From Litorimonas sp. (GTDB taxonomy: Bacteria > Pseudomonadota > Alphaproteobacteria > Caulobacterales > Maricaulaceae), in contig JBPOEY010000002.1 in the NCBI GenBank assembly GCA_051251645.1, positions 70,093 to 134,092 of the forward strand: 64,000 bases of DNA, written 5' to 3'. The stretch's first letter is position 1, and every line of letters begins with the position of its first letter. Made by a program: the position numbers and the translations under genes. The notes under the pieces are model-generated. The model saw only the letters and a program-made list of their open reading frames with translations. It ran no database searches and was not told the DNA's origin. This document shows, piece after piece, positions 28,052 to 36,356 of the stretch.

Positions 28052-29462
28052 CGTATTGCTGCCTACAGAAATATCCGGTGGAACGATAACCGCACCAGCA
28101 GGGTGTGGCAAAACGCACCTAGTTGCCGAAAGCATCGCTCAACACGGTGAGAATGAACTACCGTTACTCGTTCTCACACATACCAATGCAGGAGTTGCCG
28201 CCCTACGAAACCGCATTAGTAGGCTTGGAGCGAATGCAAAAAAAGCAAGAATTGCGACGCTGGATGGTTGGTCTTTAAAAATCCTTCGCTCTTTTCCGGC
28301 GCGAGGAGAAATTGACCCTACGCATACAGAACTAAACAACCCAAAAGAAGACTATCCCGCCATCCGAAAGGGTGTTTTGAACATTTTGAACGGTGGGCAT
28401 ATTAGGGATATAGTTGCATCCTCCTACTCAAGGCTTATCGTTGACGAATACCAAGATTGCCAAGTCGAGCAGCATGAAATGGTTATCAGTCTTTCGCAGG
28501 ATTTGCCTACATGCGTTCTTGGCGACCCCCTACAATCGATTTTCAACTTTGGAGGACAAACGACTGTTGACTGGTCCTCTGATGTTCTTGCAACATTTCC
28601 CAGCGCCCGTGAGTTAACTACGCCTTGGCGTTGGAATTTGGTGGGAAATGTAGAGTTGGGAAATTGGCTTCTTTCCGTGCGGAAGTCTCTCATAAGTGGT
28701 CAAAAAATTGACCTTCGAGAAGCTCCCGACTGTGTAGAATGGGTGCAAATAACAGGTTCAAAAAGTCATGATTGGCCAAAGCAACTCGCCGCTGCAAACA
28801 CGAAATCCCCAGTTGCAGATGGCGGCAGCTTGATAATGGCGAAGTGGCCATCAGACCAAATTGAATATGCGAAGAGAATTCCGGGCGCGGTGAAGATTGA
28901 AAATGCCGAGTTAAGCGACTTGGTAAAGTTCGCAGCCTCTTTTTCGCTGACAGAAGAAGATGCTCTTAATAAGCTTGTAAACTTCGCGGCTACGATGATG
29001 ACAGGTCTTGAACTCTCCAAGCTAAGCAAACGTTTTCAATCATTAAGAGCAAACACAAATCGAAATCCACCAAGCGATGCTGAAGCATCGCTTTTGGAGT
29101 TTGCTGAACTACCAACTTATCGCAAAGCCGCGATAGTTCTCTCGGAACTAAACCGTCAAACTGGTGTGAGAGTGTTTCGTAGCCATTTACTTCGCTCAAC
29201 ACTCAAGGCTCTAAACGCGGCAGAGGCTCAAGAGGATGCAGACCTCGTTGAAATTGCAACTCAAATTCGCGACCAGATACGTGTGTCCGGACGTGGACTT
29301 ACTAAAAAAGCTGTAGGCAGCACACTTCTATTCAAAGGGCTTGAGGCAGACGTTTCTATCATCCTAGACGCAAGCACAATGAATGCTCGCGATTTGTATG
29401 TGGCACTTACAAGGGGGGCTAGGAAAATTGTAGTATGCTCCAAGACGCCCCTCATACCTTAG
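28044..29462 (+). CDS. gajB: UvrD-like helicase, GajB-like
   Basis: APAGCGKT, LTHTNAG, VDEYQD, LGDPLQSIF, KGLEAD and YVALTRG motifs; 8-nt overlap with the OLD gene. Confidence 0.85.
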   Translation: MNSVLLPTEISGGTITAPAGCGKTHLVAESIAQHGENELPLLVLTHTNAGVAALRNRISRLGANAKKARIATLDGWSLKILRSFPARGEIDPTHTELNNPKEDYPAIRKGVLNILNGGHIRDIVASSYSRLIVDEYQDCQVEQHEMVISLSQDLPTCVLGDPLQSIFNFGGQTTVDWSSDVLATFPSARELTTPWRWNLVGNVELGNWLLSVRKSLISGQKIDLREAPDCVEWVQITGSKSHDWPKQLAAANTKSPVADGGSLIMAKWPSDQIEYAKRIPGAVKIENAELSDLVKFAASFSLTEEDALNKLVNFAATMMTGLELSKLSKRFQSLRANTNRNPPSDAEASLLEFAELPTYRKAAIVLSELNRQTGVRVFRSHLLRSTLKALNAAEAQEDADLVEIATQIRDQIRVSGRGLTKKAVGSTLLFKGLEADVSIILDASTMNARDLYVALTRGARKIVVCSKTPLIP

Positions 29463-29545
29463 TTTTATTAGATAGCGTCTAAACGCGCTTTCGTGATCCG
29501 AGCCTGTCATATCAGCCAGTCGGCTTCAGTTCGGCATGAAAGGCC

Positions 29546-30361
29546 CTAAGATGTAACGAAGCGCAAGCTTCCACTTTCAATATCTTTGACGATACCTCTT
29601 ACAAAGTCTTTAGCGCGGGACACGAATGTATCGCTGCTCACATTTACATCATACTCAACGTAGACCGCCTCAATGGGTATGAGCGAGCCATCTGTAGCCT
29701 TAAAATGAGCATCGGGATGTCGCCACAGCCATTTTTTGTCTGTCTCTGCTATTCGGCTACTCGGCAATAAGTTCTGAATGTCCACATGAGACGCGAGAGG
29801 CTTACCATCCTGATTGAAGAACAAGGGGTCGTAATTCGTTCCGTCGAAATGGAGAACCACATCCTCACCCTTTGGTATGGAGGCCATAAAACTTTTTGTA
29901 GGAATCGGCTCGAAATGAGTGATGTTCGTCGTAATGGCATGTAGTGTTGAGTGGATTTCTCTGATGCGCCCCTCAAAATCTTCGTCTCTACTCTCTCTTA
30001 TTTCTTTCAGCGCAATCCCATGTGTCTCGGCATAGCGGATTGCGCCTTCCTGAAAACCGTTGGATGAAACAAAAATACCGTTCAATTTTGGAAGATCTGC
30101 AAGAACACCATGGAAGTCACGGACCTTGCCAACTGGGACGGGTGAAGCAAAATTTTTGCATTCGATGGCGGTTTGATACCTGTTTTCTCCGATATTGAAC
30201 TCCCAATAAATGTCGATTTGGGGTTTTAGGCCGGACAATCCAATCATGTCGGTCTTGTTCATTTCAACTATCACATTGGTGTATCCGTCTTCGGATAGTA
30301 TCGCCTGATATATACCTTGAACAAATTCCTCGTACTTTTTCCCTTTGCTGTATGCGCTCAT
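29546..30361 (-). CDS. Mrr-like PD-(D/E)XK restriction endonuclease with extra C-terminal region
   Basis: GKKYEEFV, QIDIY, IECKN, VSSNGFQEGA motifs; no methyltransferase nearby. Confidence 0.8.
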   Translation of the reverse strand: MSAYSKGKKYEEFVQGIYQAILSEDGYTNVIVEMNKTDMIGLSGLKPQIDIYWEFNIGENRYQTAIECKNFASPVPVGKVRDFHGVLADLPKLNGIFVSSNGFQEGAIRYAETHGIALKEIRESRDEDFEGRIREIHSTLHAITTNITHFEPIPTKSFMASIPKGEDVVLHFDGTNYDPLFFNQDGKPLASHVDIQNLLPSSRIAETDKKWLWRHPDAHFKATDGSLIPIEAVYVEYDVNVSSDTFVSRAKDFVRGIVKDIESGSLRFVTS

Positions 30362-30419
30362 TCTGATTTCTCATTGATGCGATGCTAATGATTACCTATA
30401 AGCCATTCTGGAGGGTAGA

Positions 30420-30608
30420 ATGGATAAGGTTTTTGGTGTTTTGGTTTCTGCTGTCTTGCTGACCGGCTGGATTTGGATTTTTGGTCAAACGGATAGCGTT
30501 TATATTCAAGCGGGCATGATTGTTTTTAGCATTTTGGGTGGTTGCTTGATGGCCTCGCAATCGGATGACGAACACGACGTCGATGAAGATGTTGAGATGA
30601 TGTCGTGA
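30420..30608 (+). CDS. Small two-TM protein with acidic tail
   Basis: GGAGG RBS; two hydrophobic helices followed by DDEHDVDED. Confidence 0.6.
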   Translation: MDKVFGVLVSAVLLTGWIWIFGQTDSVYIQAGMIVFSILGGCLMASQSDDEHDVDEDVEMMS

Positions 30609-30841
30609 TGCCGCAACCAAAGAGTTATAGAAAGTGCGTATCAGATTGCATCAAAAAATATGGTAGCAATCTTCCTTATATCGCCAGTGCCATTATTATT
30701 GTGTCTTTACCAATAGCCTTTTTCGACGGAGGGGCTACGGCAGCAAGCGTCGCAATTGTTTTAGCCTCACTGGGTTATGGGAACGTAAGCGTTTCACTTA
30801 CGACTTGTCTATTGCGATGCCTAAGAAAAAAGAAACGCTAG
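30605..30841 (+). CDS. Small membrane protein with basic tail
   Basis: Overlaps the previous stop; hydrophobic core; LRKKKR C-terminus. Confidence 0.5.
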   Translation: MMPQPKSYRKCVSDCIKKYGSNLPYIASAIIIVSLPIAFFDGGATAASVAIVLASLGYGNVSVSLTTCLLRCLRKKKR

Positions 30842-31035
30842 CCAGGGTTTGGTACGGATTTTCTGTTTGATTTTGTCTTTTTATGCATGAAACCTTGAGC
30901 TAGTAAGTAACTCGACAATCCTCCAAAAACAACAATTGATAGGGTTGGAGCAAGCGGCATAGCTAAAATACACGCCGCACCAGATACGGTTGCGCCCAAA
31001 TATAAAGCTGATCTCTTATTAAATATTTTTTTCAT
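30838..31035 (-). CDS. Small two-TM protein with basic tail
   Basis: GAGGAG RBS; hydrophobic hairpin; upstream palindrome TTGTTATA-A-TATAACAA (31051-31067). Confidence 0.6.
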   Translation of the reverse strand: MKKIFNKRSALYLGATVSGAACILAMPLAPTLSIVVFGGLSSYLLAQGFMHKKTKSNRKSVPNPG

Positions 31036-31086
31036 TAGGTACTCCTCAAGTTGTTATAATATAACAATACCTTAATACTTAATAAT

Positions 31087-31692
31087 TTACAACTCCATTT
31101 CATACAAATCCCGAATTTCTCCATCCTGAATACATAAATACTCTAGCGTCTGTTTCTCGCTCGTATGGCCGAAGGCGGCCATGAGGAGGGCGACGGGGCG
31201 GTTGTTTTGGACGCGTTGATGATAGCCCCATGTTTTGCGCATGGTGTGCGTCCCGTAATTTCCTTTGAGGCCGATGTCTGCGCACCAGCTTTTCATTTTA
31301 TGATTTGCAGCCGAGACTGTGAGGGCGCTTCCCGATCTTTGAGAGCGGAATAGCGGGCTGTCAGGGCTTGCGTGGGGATGAACAGCGAGCCAACGCTCCA
31401 TACTTTCAACAACGGTTCTATTGAGTGTTATCGCGCGATAGCGACCTGATTTTGACTGCTTAAGGTCGAGACGGTCGCCAACGTTCAAATGAGCAACATG
31501 ACCGACCTTAAGGGAAAGAATTTCACCTGCGCGATACGCGGTATTGATGCCAAAAGTGAACATACACAGATCACGCGGATTATCCGACAATAGGGCCTTG
31601 ATGGCCTGAATGTCTTCCAGATGGCGGATTGGCTCAACCTTGATGGAGGAGCCTTTCTTAGGGTGATTTGGGTTGCGTTTTTTCACTGCCAT
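31087..31692 (-). CDS. Short tyrosine recombinase (catalytic domain only, 201 aa)
   Basis: YRAGE, K(Q)SK, HTMRKTWG, FGH and C-terminal EY give the R-K-H-R-H-Y set. Confidence 0.92.
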   Translation of the reverse strand: MAVKKRNPNHPKKGSSIKVEPIRHLEDIQAIKALLSDNPRDLCMFTFGINTAYRAGEILSLKVGHVAHLNVGDRLDLKQSKSGRYRAITLNRTVVESMERWLAVHPHASPDSPLFRSQRSGSALTVSAANHKMKSWCADIGLKGNYGTHTMRKTWGYHQRVQNNRPVALLMAAFGHTSEKQTLEYLCIQDGEIRDLYEMEL

Positions 31693-31716
31693 TCGACTAG
31701 GATAACAGCGAAAATA

Positions 31717-31750
31717 AATACATCAACTTTTATTGATAAGTTGATGTATT
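31717..31750. promoter_or_regulatory. 13-8-13 palindromic tyrosine-recombinase-type site (site 1)
   Basis: AATACATCAACTT-TTATTGAT-AAGTTGATGTATT with perfect arms, 25 bp upstream of the recombinase ATG. Confidence 0.75.
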
Positions 31751-31840
31751 ATGAAAACCCTTTATCGGTCAAGGCTTTTCGAAAGGCGGCTCAAGAAAAT
31801 TTATGCCATTTTCCCTGTGTGTCCCCGCACTAGCTAGGAT

Positions 31841-31866
31841 CATCAACTTTTCAATAGAAGTTTATG
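31841..31866. promoter_or_regulatory. Second recombinase-type site, inverted relative to site 1
   Basis: CATCAACTTT-TCAATA-GAAGTTTATG is 23/26 identical to the reverse complement of 31721-31746. Confidence 0.65.
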
Positions 31867-31885
31867 ACTGCACGAGGAGAACAAC

Positions 31886-32239
31886 ATGCAGATTGCCGCC
31901 GTTCAATGGAGCACCCTTGACCACATTCACGATGTGGAACCTATCAACAATGCCGACGAAGCGTGCCTGACGGAAATTCGTCATGTGCTGACCAAGTACG
32001 GCAACCTTAAGCGTTTTGGTGTGGCTCTGCTCCACAATCATTTTGAGCTAAGTGACGATGAAGTCATGATGGAAACGACTGATCTTGATCAGCGCACACA
32101 TGTCGTCCGCCCGATGACGCAAGCTGAAATCGATAAAAACAATATCGAGGTTCAATCGACCATCGTGACGTTTGATGAGACGGGCTATCATCGCCGCTGT
32201 GGGTGTGATCCACGCGCCACCGGACACCATCACAAGTAA
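31886..32239 (+). CDS. Hypothetical protein with LLHNHF motif and C-terminal CGC...HHH
   Basis: GAGGAG RBS; own terminator downstream. Confidence 0.8.
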   Translation: MQIAAVQWSTLDHIHDVEPINNADEACLTEIRHVLTKYGNLKRFGVALLHNHFELSDDEVMMETTDLDQRTHVVRPMTQAEIDKNNIEVQSTIVTFDETGYHRRCGCDPRATGHHHK

Positions 32240-32256
32240 GACATCTCTTAAAGCAT

Positions 32257-32285
32257 AAGCTCCCGTTTTATAGCGGGAGCTTTTT
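32257..32285 (+). terminator. Intrinsic terminator
   Basis: AAGCTCCCG-TTTTATAG-CGGGAGCTT followed by TTT. Confidence 0.8.
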
Positions 32286-32301
32286 ACATTTTGGACGCCG
32301 T

Positions 32302-33330
32302 ATGCCTCGCTCATTCTTACTTTTGACCGTGTATTCTCTCGCATCCGCGTGTCTTGTCGGATGTGGGAACACGGATAGCACGGAGGACACAACGGCACCC
32401 GTTGTCACGCGCGAATCCGCAATGAAGGCCGTTGACCCGGATGGTCCATTGGCCCCCTCTATTCGAGACGTCGAACAACAAAGCGAAATTGCTGACTCTG
32501 TTGTTAAGGAAGCTGCAAAGAGGGAATGCGGTCTTCGTCTGCCTTATACAAATGAAGGCTACTCCAGCGGTGACCTTCCGCCCTATGTTCACAAATCTTA
32601 CGATGAGCGTTTGGGCGACATCGACAATCCGTGCCTTCTAACGGATGCGGATTTGGCCCTCTTGCCTGAACGCGACCGCCTTGCGCTCAAACTCCTTCAT
32701 GATGAACCGGCGCTTTTAGAAGACGGAGAAATTCAGCATGTGTTCGTCTGCTTGAACGACCCTGTTGCAGCAGAACTCGCAGAAGACAATGAATTCGCTT
32801 GGCCTCGTTTAGTTGAAAAGGTTGTCAATCACGGAAAGACATTTCTGCCGCAATTTGCGACAGTCGAATTTGAAGTCCCGCTTGGCACCACGCTTTCCTT
32901 GTCAAAATATGATGGCGAGGCAGGAGGCTTTCACATTCTTGACGGCGGAAGAGACCCGAACATCGGACAAATCGGCATACAGCTTCCTTTCATGGGAGGG
33001 TGCTTTGGGAATTCACCATTAAACTTCCCCGGCAACGTCGAAAATTGGTTTGAGAGGGGGCGATATGAAAAATTTATCGTGGCACTGGACCGACCTATTT
33101 CCGGGCTTTTTCTAGAGATGACACCAACACAAGCCGAAGATTTTATCACTCGACAAATTAAGGATGACCTTCGCATCGTAAGCCTCACCGCGCGCGTAAG
33201 CGTATCCGATTACGAAAGAAGCCCAAAACGCACAGGCTTCAACCGCGTGACGTTCCAAGGAAACCTACGGGGCGTCACAGTGAACCACAGGGACATTGAG
33301 GACCCACTATTAAAAGTATCCTATCCTTAG
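32302..33330 (+). CDS. Lipoprotein, unknown function
   Basis: Signal peptide with LVGC lipobox; long open frame. Confidence 0.75.
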   Translation: MPRSFLLLTVYSLASACLVGCGNTDSTEDTTAPVVTRESAMKAVDPDGPLAPSIRDVEQQSEIADSVVKEAAKRECGLRLPYTNEGYSSGDLPPYVHKSYDERLGDIDNPCLLTDADLALLPERDRLALKLLHDEPALLEDGEIQHVFVCLNDPVAAELAEDNEFAWPRLVEKVVNHGKTFLPQFATVEFEVPLGTTLSLSKYDGEAGGFHILDGGRDPNIGQIGIQLPFMGGCFGNSPLNFPGNVENWFERGRYEKFIVALDRPISGLFLEMTPTQAEDFITRQIKDDLRIVSLTARVSVSDYERSPKRTGFNRVTFQGNLRGVTVNHRDIEDPLLKVSYP

Positions 33331-33373
33331 CATGAGTGTAGCTTCTCCATTCCTGATGCTCCGCATTAAAACG

Positions 33374-34645
33374 TCAACGGCCTAGGTCGTTCTCTCTGTC
33401 ATGCCGTTTAAGGTGCCTCTGAATTTCAGCCTCGTTTTCAATCGTCTCTTGCGATTGGACTGTCTCACAGAGCAGCGCATGGCGCACCATGTCGTAGTTC
33501 GCCAGCGTGTCTTGCTTTTCGCGCTCTAGCCGTCCCCGCGCTTCGATATGCGTGAATATCAAGTCGTCCCGCTCGTTCTGATCGCGGTTGAGACAGCGAT
33601 AGAGATCATGTTCATTGACCATCTTGAGCCGTGCATGCCGCCCCGTGAAGCGGTCGATGAGGCCTTTTAGTCCTTTCCGATAGAGCGACAGCCGTTTGGC
33701 ATGTTCTTCTTTGGCGCGAAGTTCCTGCCGCACCTCAAGGGCGGCGCGTTCCTGTTTCTGCGCTTTGACGAGCATCTCCCGCTTGGTCTCAATCTCGCCT
33801 AAGTCTTCATCACGAATGTCTTTAGCCTCTAGGAGATGGCCGTCGATGACGGGGGCAATCTCGTTTTTAAACGAAGTCATCTGATCTGTGATGGGGGGCA
33901 GATCAGCTGAGCGTCCTAGTCTTGCTCTGACCTCTTTTGTTTTTAGGCCGATCCAACGCGGGATCGAAAAAACGTTGCCTTCAAAATCGACGGCGACATA
34001 TCCCCGCCGATCCCCACGGGCGAGTTTATAGCCGCGCTCATTGAGAGCATTCTCAAAGGCCGCACGGCCATCTGAAATCTGCCATGCATCTTGGAGCGCT
34101 TCTTTGATGTCGCGGGGGTCTTGTTCAGACCGTTTCGCTTGTAGCCAGTCTTGAAGCGTGAAGTTACGCGGATCGCGCTTTTGACTGTCTGCCAAACCTG
34201 CGGGCATCGTCCATCCGTGTTCGCGATAGAGGGATTTACTGACCTCACGCAGTTTCATCTTGTAGAACGACATCTGCTTGGCCGTCATTGTGTCGGCATC
34301 AATTCGTGACCAAACGACATGCGCGTGACGTCGCCCTTTCTTTTCGTGAAAGACGATCGCGCGGGGCTGTCCGTTCAGATCAAGTTTCTCTTCAATCTGT
34401 CGCACGGCGGCTTCAAATGTCTCTGTCGTAACCTTGGCCTCAGGTGGCGGGCTGAGCGAGAGTGAGAATAGAAACTGACGACATTTGGTCGCTTTGGAGA
34501 TCGCATGCGTTTCAACGAAAGCATCTGTTAGATCAGAAGACGCAAAGCCGCGCACTTCGTGCACGGTGACATGGTCATTCTCGTTCGAGAGAAGATGCGC
34601 GGCAAGCTGACGAGCGCCGCCGCGCTGTGACGCCGACAAAATCAC
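33374..34645 (-). CDS. Relaxase/mobilization nuclease (MOB-P/VirD2-like)
   Basis: GTG 34645 gives MILSASQRGGARQLAAHLL; SLSLSPP, FHEK and HAHVVWS His motif; coiled-coil C-terminus. Confidence 0.9.
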   Translation of the reverse strand: MILSASQRGGARQLAAHLLSNENDHVTVHEVRGFASSDLTDAFVETHAISKATKCRQFLFSLSLSPPPEAKVTTETFEAAVRQIEEKLDLNGQPRAIVFHEKKGRRHAHVVWSRIDADTMTAKQMSFYKMKLREVSKSLYREHGWTMPAGLADSQKRDPRNFTLQDWLQAKRSEQDPRDIKEALQDAWQISDGRAAFENALNERGYKLARGDRRGYVAVDFEGNVFSIPRWIGLKTKEVRARLGRSADLPPITDQMTSFKNEIAPVIDGHLLEAKDIRDEDLGEIETKREMLVKAQKQERAALEVRQELRAKEEHAKRLSLYRKGLKGLIDRFTGRHARLKMVNEHDLYRCLNRDQNERDDLIFTHIEARGRLEREKQDTLANYDMVRHALLCETVQSQETIENEAEIQRHLKRHDRENDLGR

Positions 34646-34649
34646 GGCA

Positions 34650-35201
34650 TCAGCCTTTTCTAACGCCAAGCGCCTTGAGCAAGGCCGCGCGCATGTCAGA
34701 GAGTTCGGACGTGGCCTCATTCAAGGCCGACTTTATTTCCGCCTCATCTTCAAACGTGCCGCTGTGAATGGCGAGCGCCATCGTCGTCAGCGCATCGGCA
34801 ATCCCAGAACTCCCAACCATCGCGAGAACTTGCGCAATCATCGTTTTATGATGATCGATCATCGCCCGCCGTGCCGCCGCCTTAGTTGTCGGCGCGAATA
34901 GGACTTTCTTGACATACGCCCCCAGCGGCTCGCCCGCTGCATCCTCGCGCAAGCGCTCCCGTTCGGCAGGATTCAGGCGGATTGAGAAGGGCGTTGAGGC
35001 TTTCGAATGACGCGCCGCTTTCTTTTGGCGATACTGACCACCACCCATCGAAGGGCCGCTTTTCCGCTTTCTACGGCTATTTTCGTATTCAGCGTTAGGA
35101 TGAAGCCTGTCTTTTGTGGCCTCCGCGTTAAAAGCAGAGGATACCCGCGGCGCGTTTGACGCCCATAGGTCAAGATTTTTCCGAGTTTTTTCTGACATCA
35201 C
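34650..35201 (-). CDS. mobC: MobC-like relaxosome accessory protein
   Basis: RHH-like PFSIRLNPAERERL...PLGAYVK, directly upstream of the relaxase. Confidence 0.75.
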   Translation of the reverse strand: MMSEKTRKNLDLWASNAPRVSSAFNAEATKDRLHPNAEYENSRRKRKSGPSMGGGQYRQKKAARHSKASTPFSIRLNPAERERLREDAAGEPLGAYVKKVLFAPTTKAAARRAMIDHHKTMIAQVLAMVGSSGIADALTTMALAIHSGTFEDEAEIKSALNEATSELSDMRAALLKALGVRKG

Positions 35202-35712
35202 GACACCTCCGGTTTAGAGGTGGGTGAGGAAGTGTCAGTCGCAGGGTTATCGTTCGTCAAAAAATTTTCAGCTTGTAGAATCGACTCCCATTCTCCTAGA
35301 ATGTCGAATAACTGGTTCAGCTCCCCTCGCGAGAGGTGCACCATCGCTTTCCCGATAGCGTTATCGGGGTCGATTGTCTTACGAACATTCTAAATAAGTT
35401 GGACCCAATCGGGCTGTCCTGAAGGTCGAGCGTGTTGCTTGACATTGAGCTTTTCTTAAGCCTGTGCGATCTCGCTTCTTCGGTCACGCCTTGGCCGCTT
35501 AGTCTGACCGCCATAGTCTCCGCACACGTCCAGACCGACCCGTGCGAATGAAGAATGGGGCTGTCGATCTTTGAGCCGCCCTTCGAGCTGGCTCTCCACC
35601 GTATCGCGGTCAAACGCCCTCACCTTCGGGCATAGACGCTGCGTCAATTCGGATAAGTTTGGAACGATTGATCTTTATATGAATTGCAAGAATGAACACG
35701 AAAGGAACCCTC

Positions 35713-35817
35713 ATGAAATTCATCGTCCGCACTATTCTTGCATCCGTCATTACCTATGGCATGCGAAAAGTTCTCAATGGTCAATCCACGACCGACAATA
35801 CCCGCGTTCCTGACTAA
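35713..35817 (+). CDS. 34-aa small protein (below track cutoff)
   Basis: AAAGGA RBS then MKFIVRTILASVITYGMRKVLNGQSTTDNTRVPD*. Confidence 0.5.
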   Translation: MKFIVRTILASVITYGMRKVLNGQSTTDNTRVPD

Positions 35818-35864
35818 TATAATTTCGACCCTATTCTTGAAAGTCTGTCGCCACAGAAGCCGTT

Positions 35865-36353
35865 ATGAAAACACAATCCTTAGCCATTATTTTTGCTAGT
35901 GTCCTTGCCGCGTGTGGGGCGAACAATACGCAAGAGGTTGCAGAAATTAATAATGATTGGACGGGCAATGAAATAAAGGTCGATGCCTTTACCGACGAGA
36001 AGGTCACGGGCGTCACATGCCATATGGCCCATTTTGACCGCGGCGTTTATGATCGGCTCAAGAAAGGTTCTTGGTTTGAGAACCCGTCAAATGGCTCCAT
36101 TAATTGCGTGCAAACGGGCCCTATCAATGTCGGGGATATCGATCTCGGAAAAGATGGCGAAGCCGTCTTTAAGCAAAGACAATCGCCTATTTTCAAAAAG
36201 CTAACGGTTCGTCGCATCTATGATCGCGATAATGATACTCTGATCTACCTTGTCTATTCCCGGCAAGTCGTTGAAGGGTCCGCCAAGATGAGTATTGCGA
36301 GCGTTCCTCTTTATGGTCCAAACGTGACATGGACCGGAGAAAAGCCCGAGTAA
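35865..36353 (+). CDS. creA: CreA family lipoprotein
   Basis: LAAC lipobox; GVTCH, ENPSNGSINCVQTGP, VRRIYD...LIYLVYS motifs. Confidence 0.85.
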   Translation: MKTQSLAIIFASVLAACGANNTQEVAEINNDWTGNEIKVDAFTDEKVTGVTCHMAHFDRGVYDRLKKGSWFENPSNGSINCVQTGPINVGDIDLGKDGEAVFKQRQSPIFKKLTVRRIYDRDNDTLIYLVYSRQVVEGSAKMSIASVPLYGPNVTWTGEKPE

Positions 36354-36356
36354 TAT

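Larger units (their letters stand above)
18806..35300. mobile_element. Integrative mobilizable element inserted at the tRNA-Leu 3' end (right boundary unresolved)
   Basis: Serine recombinase abuts the tRNA; VirD4/TraG, relaxase and MobC present, no VirB genes seen. Cargo is AT-richer (spot counts: 18/60 G+C at 26341-26400 vs 38/60 at 3781-3840). Accessory genes continue to ~47 kb. Confidence 0.75.

Noticed and set aside
35317-35647. Possible thermonuclease-like pseudogene (DRDTV, KIDSP, WTCA fragments in two frames)
   Set aside because: The similarity is too weak to support without a profile search.
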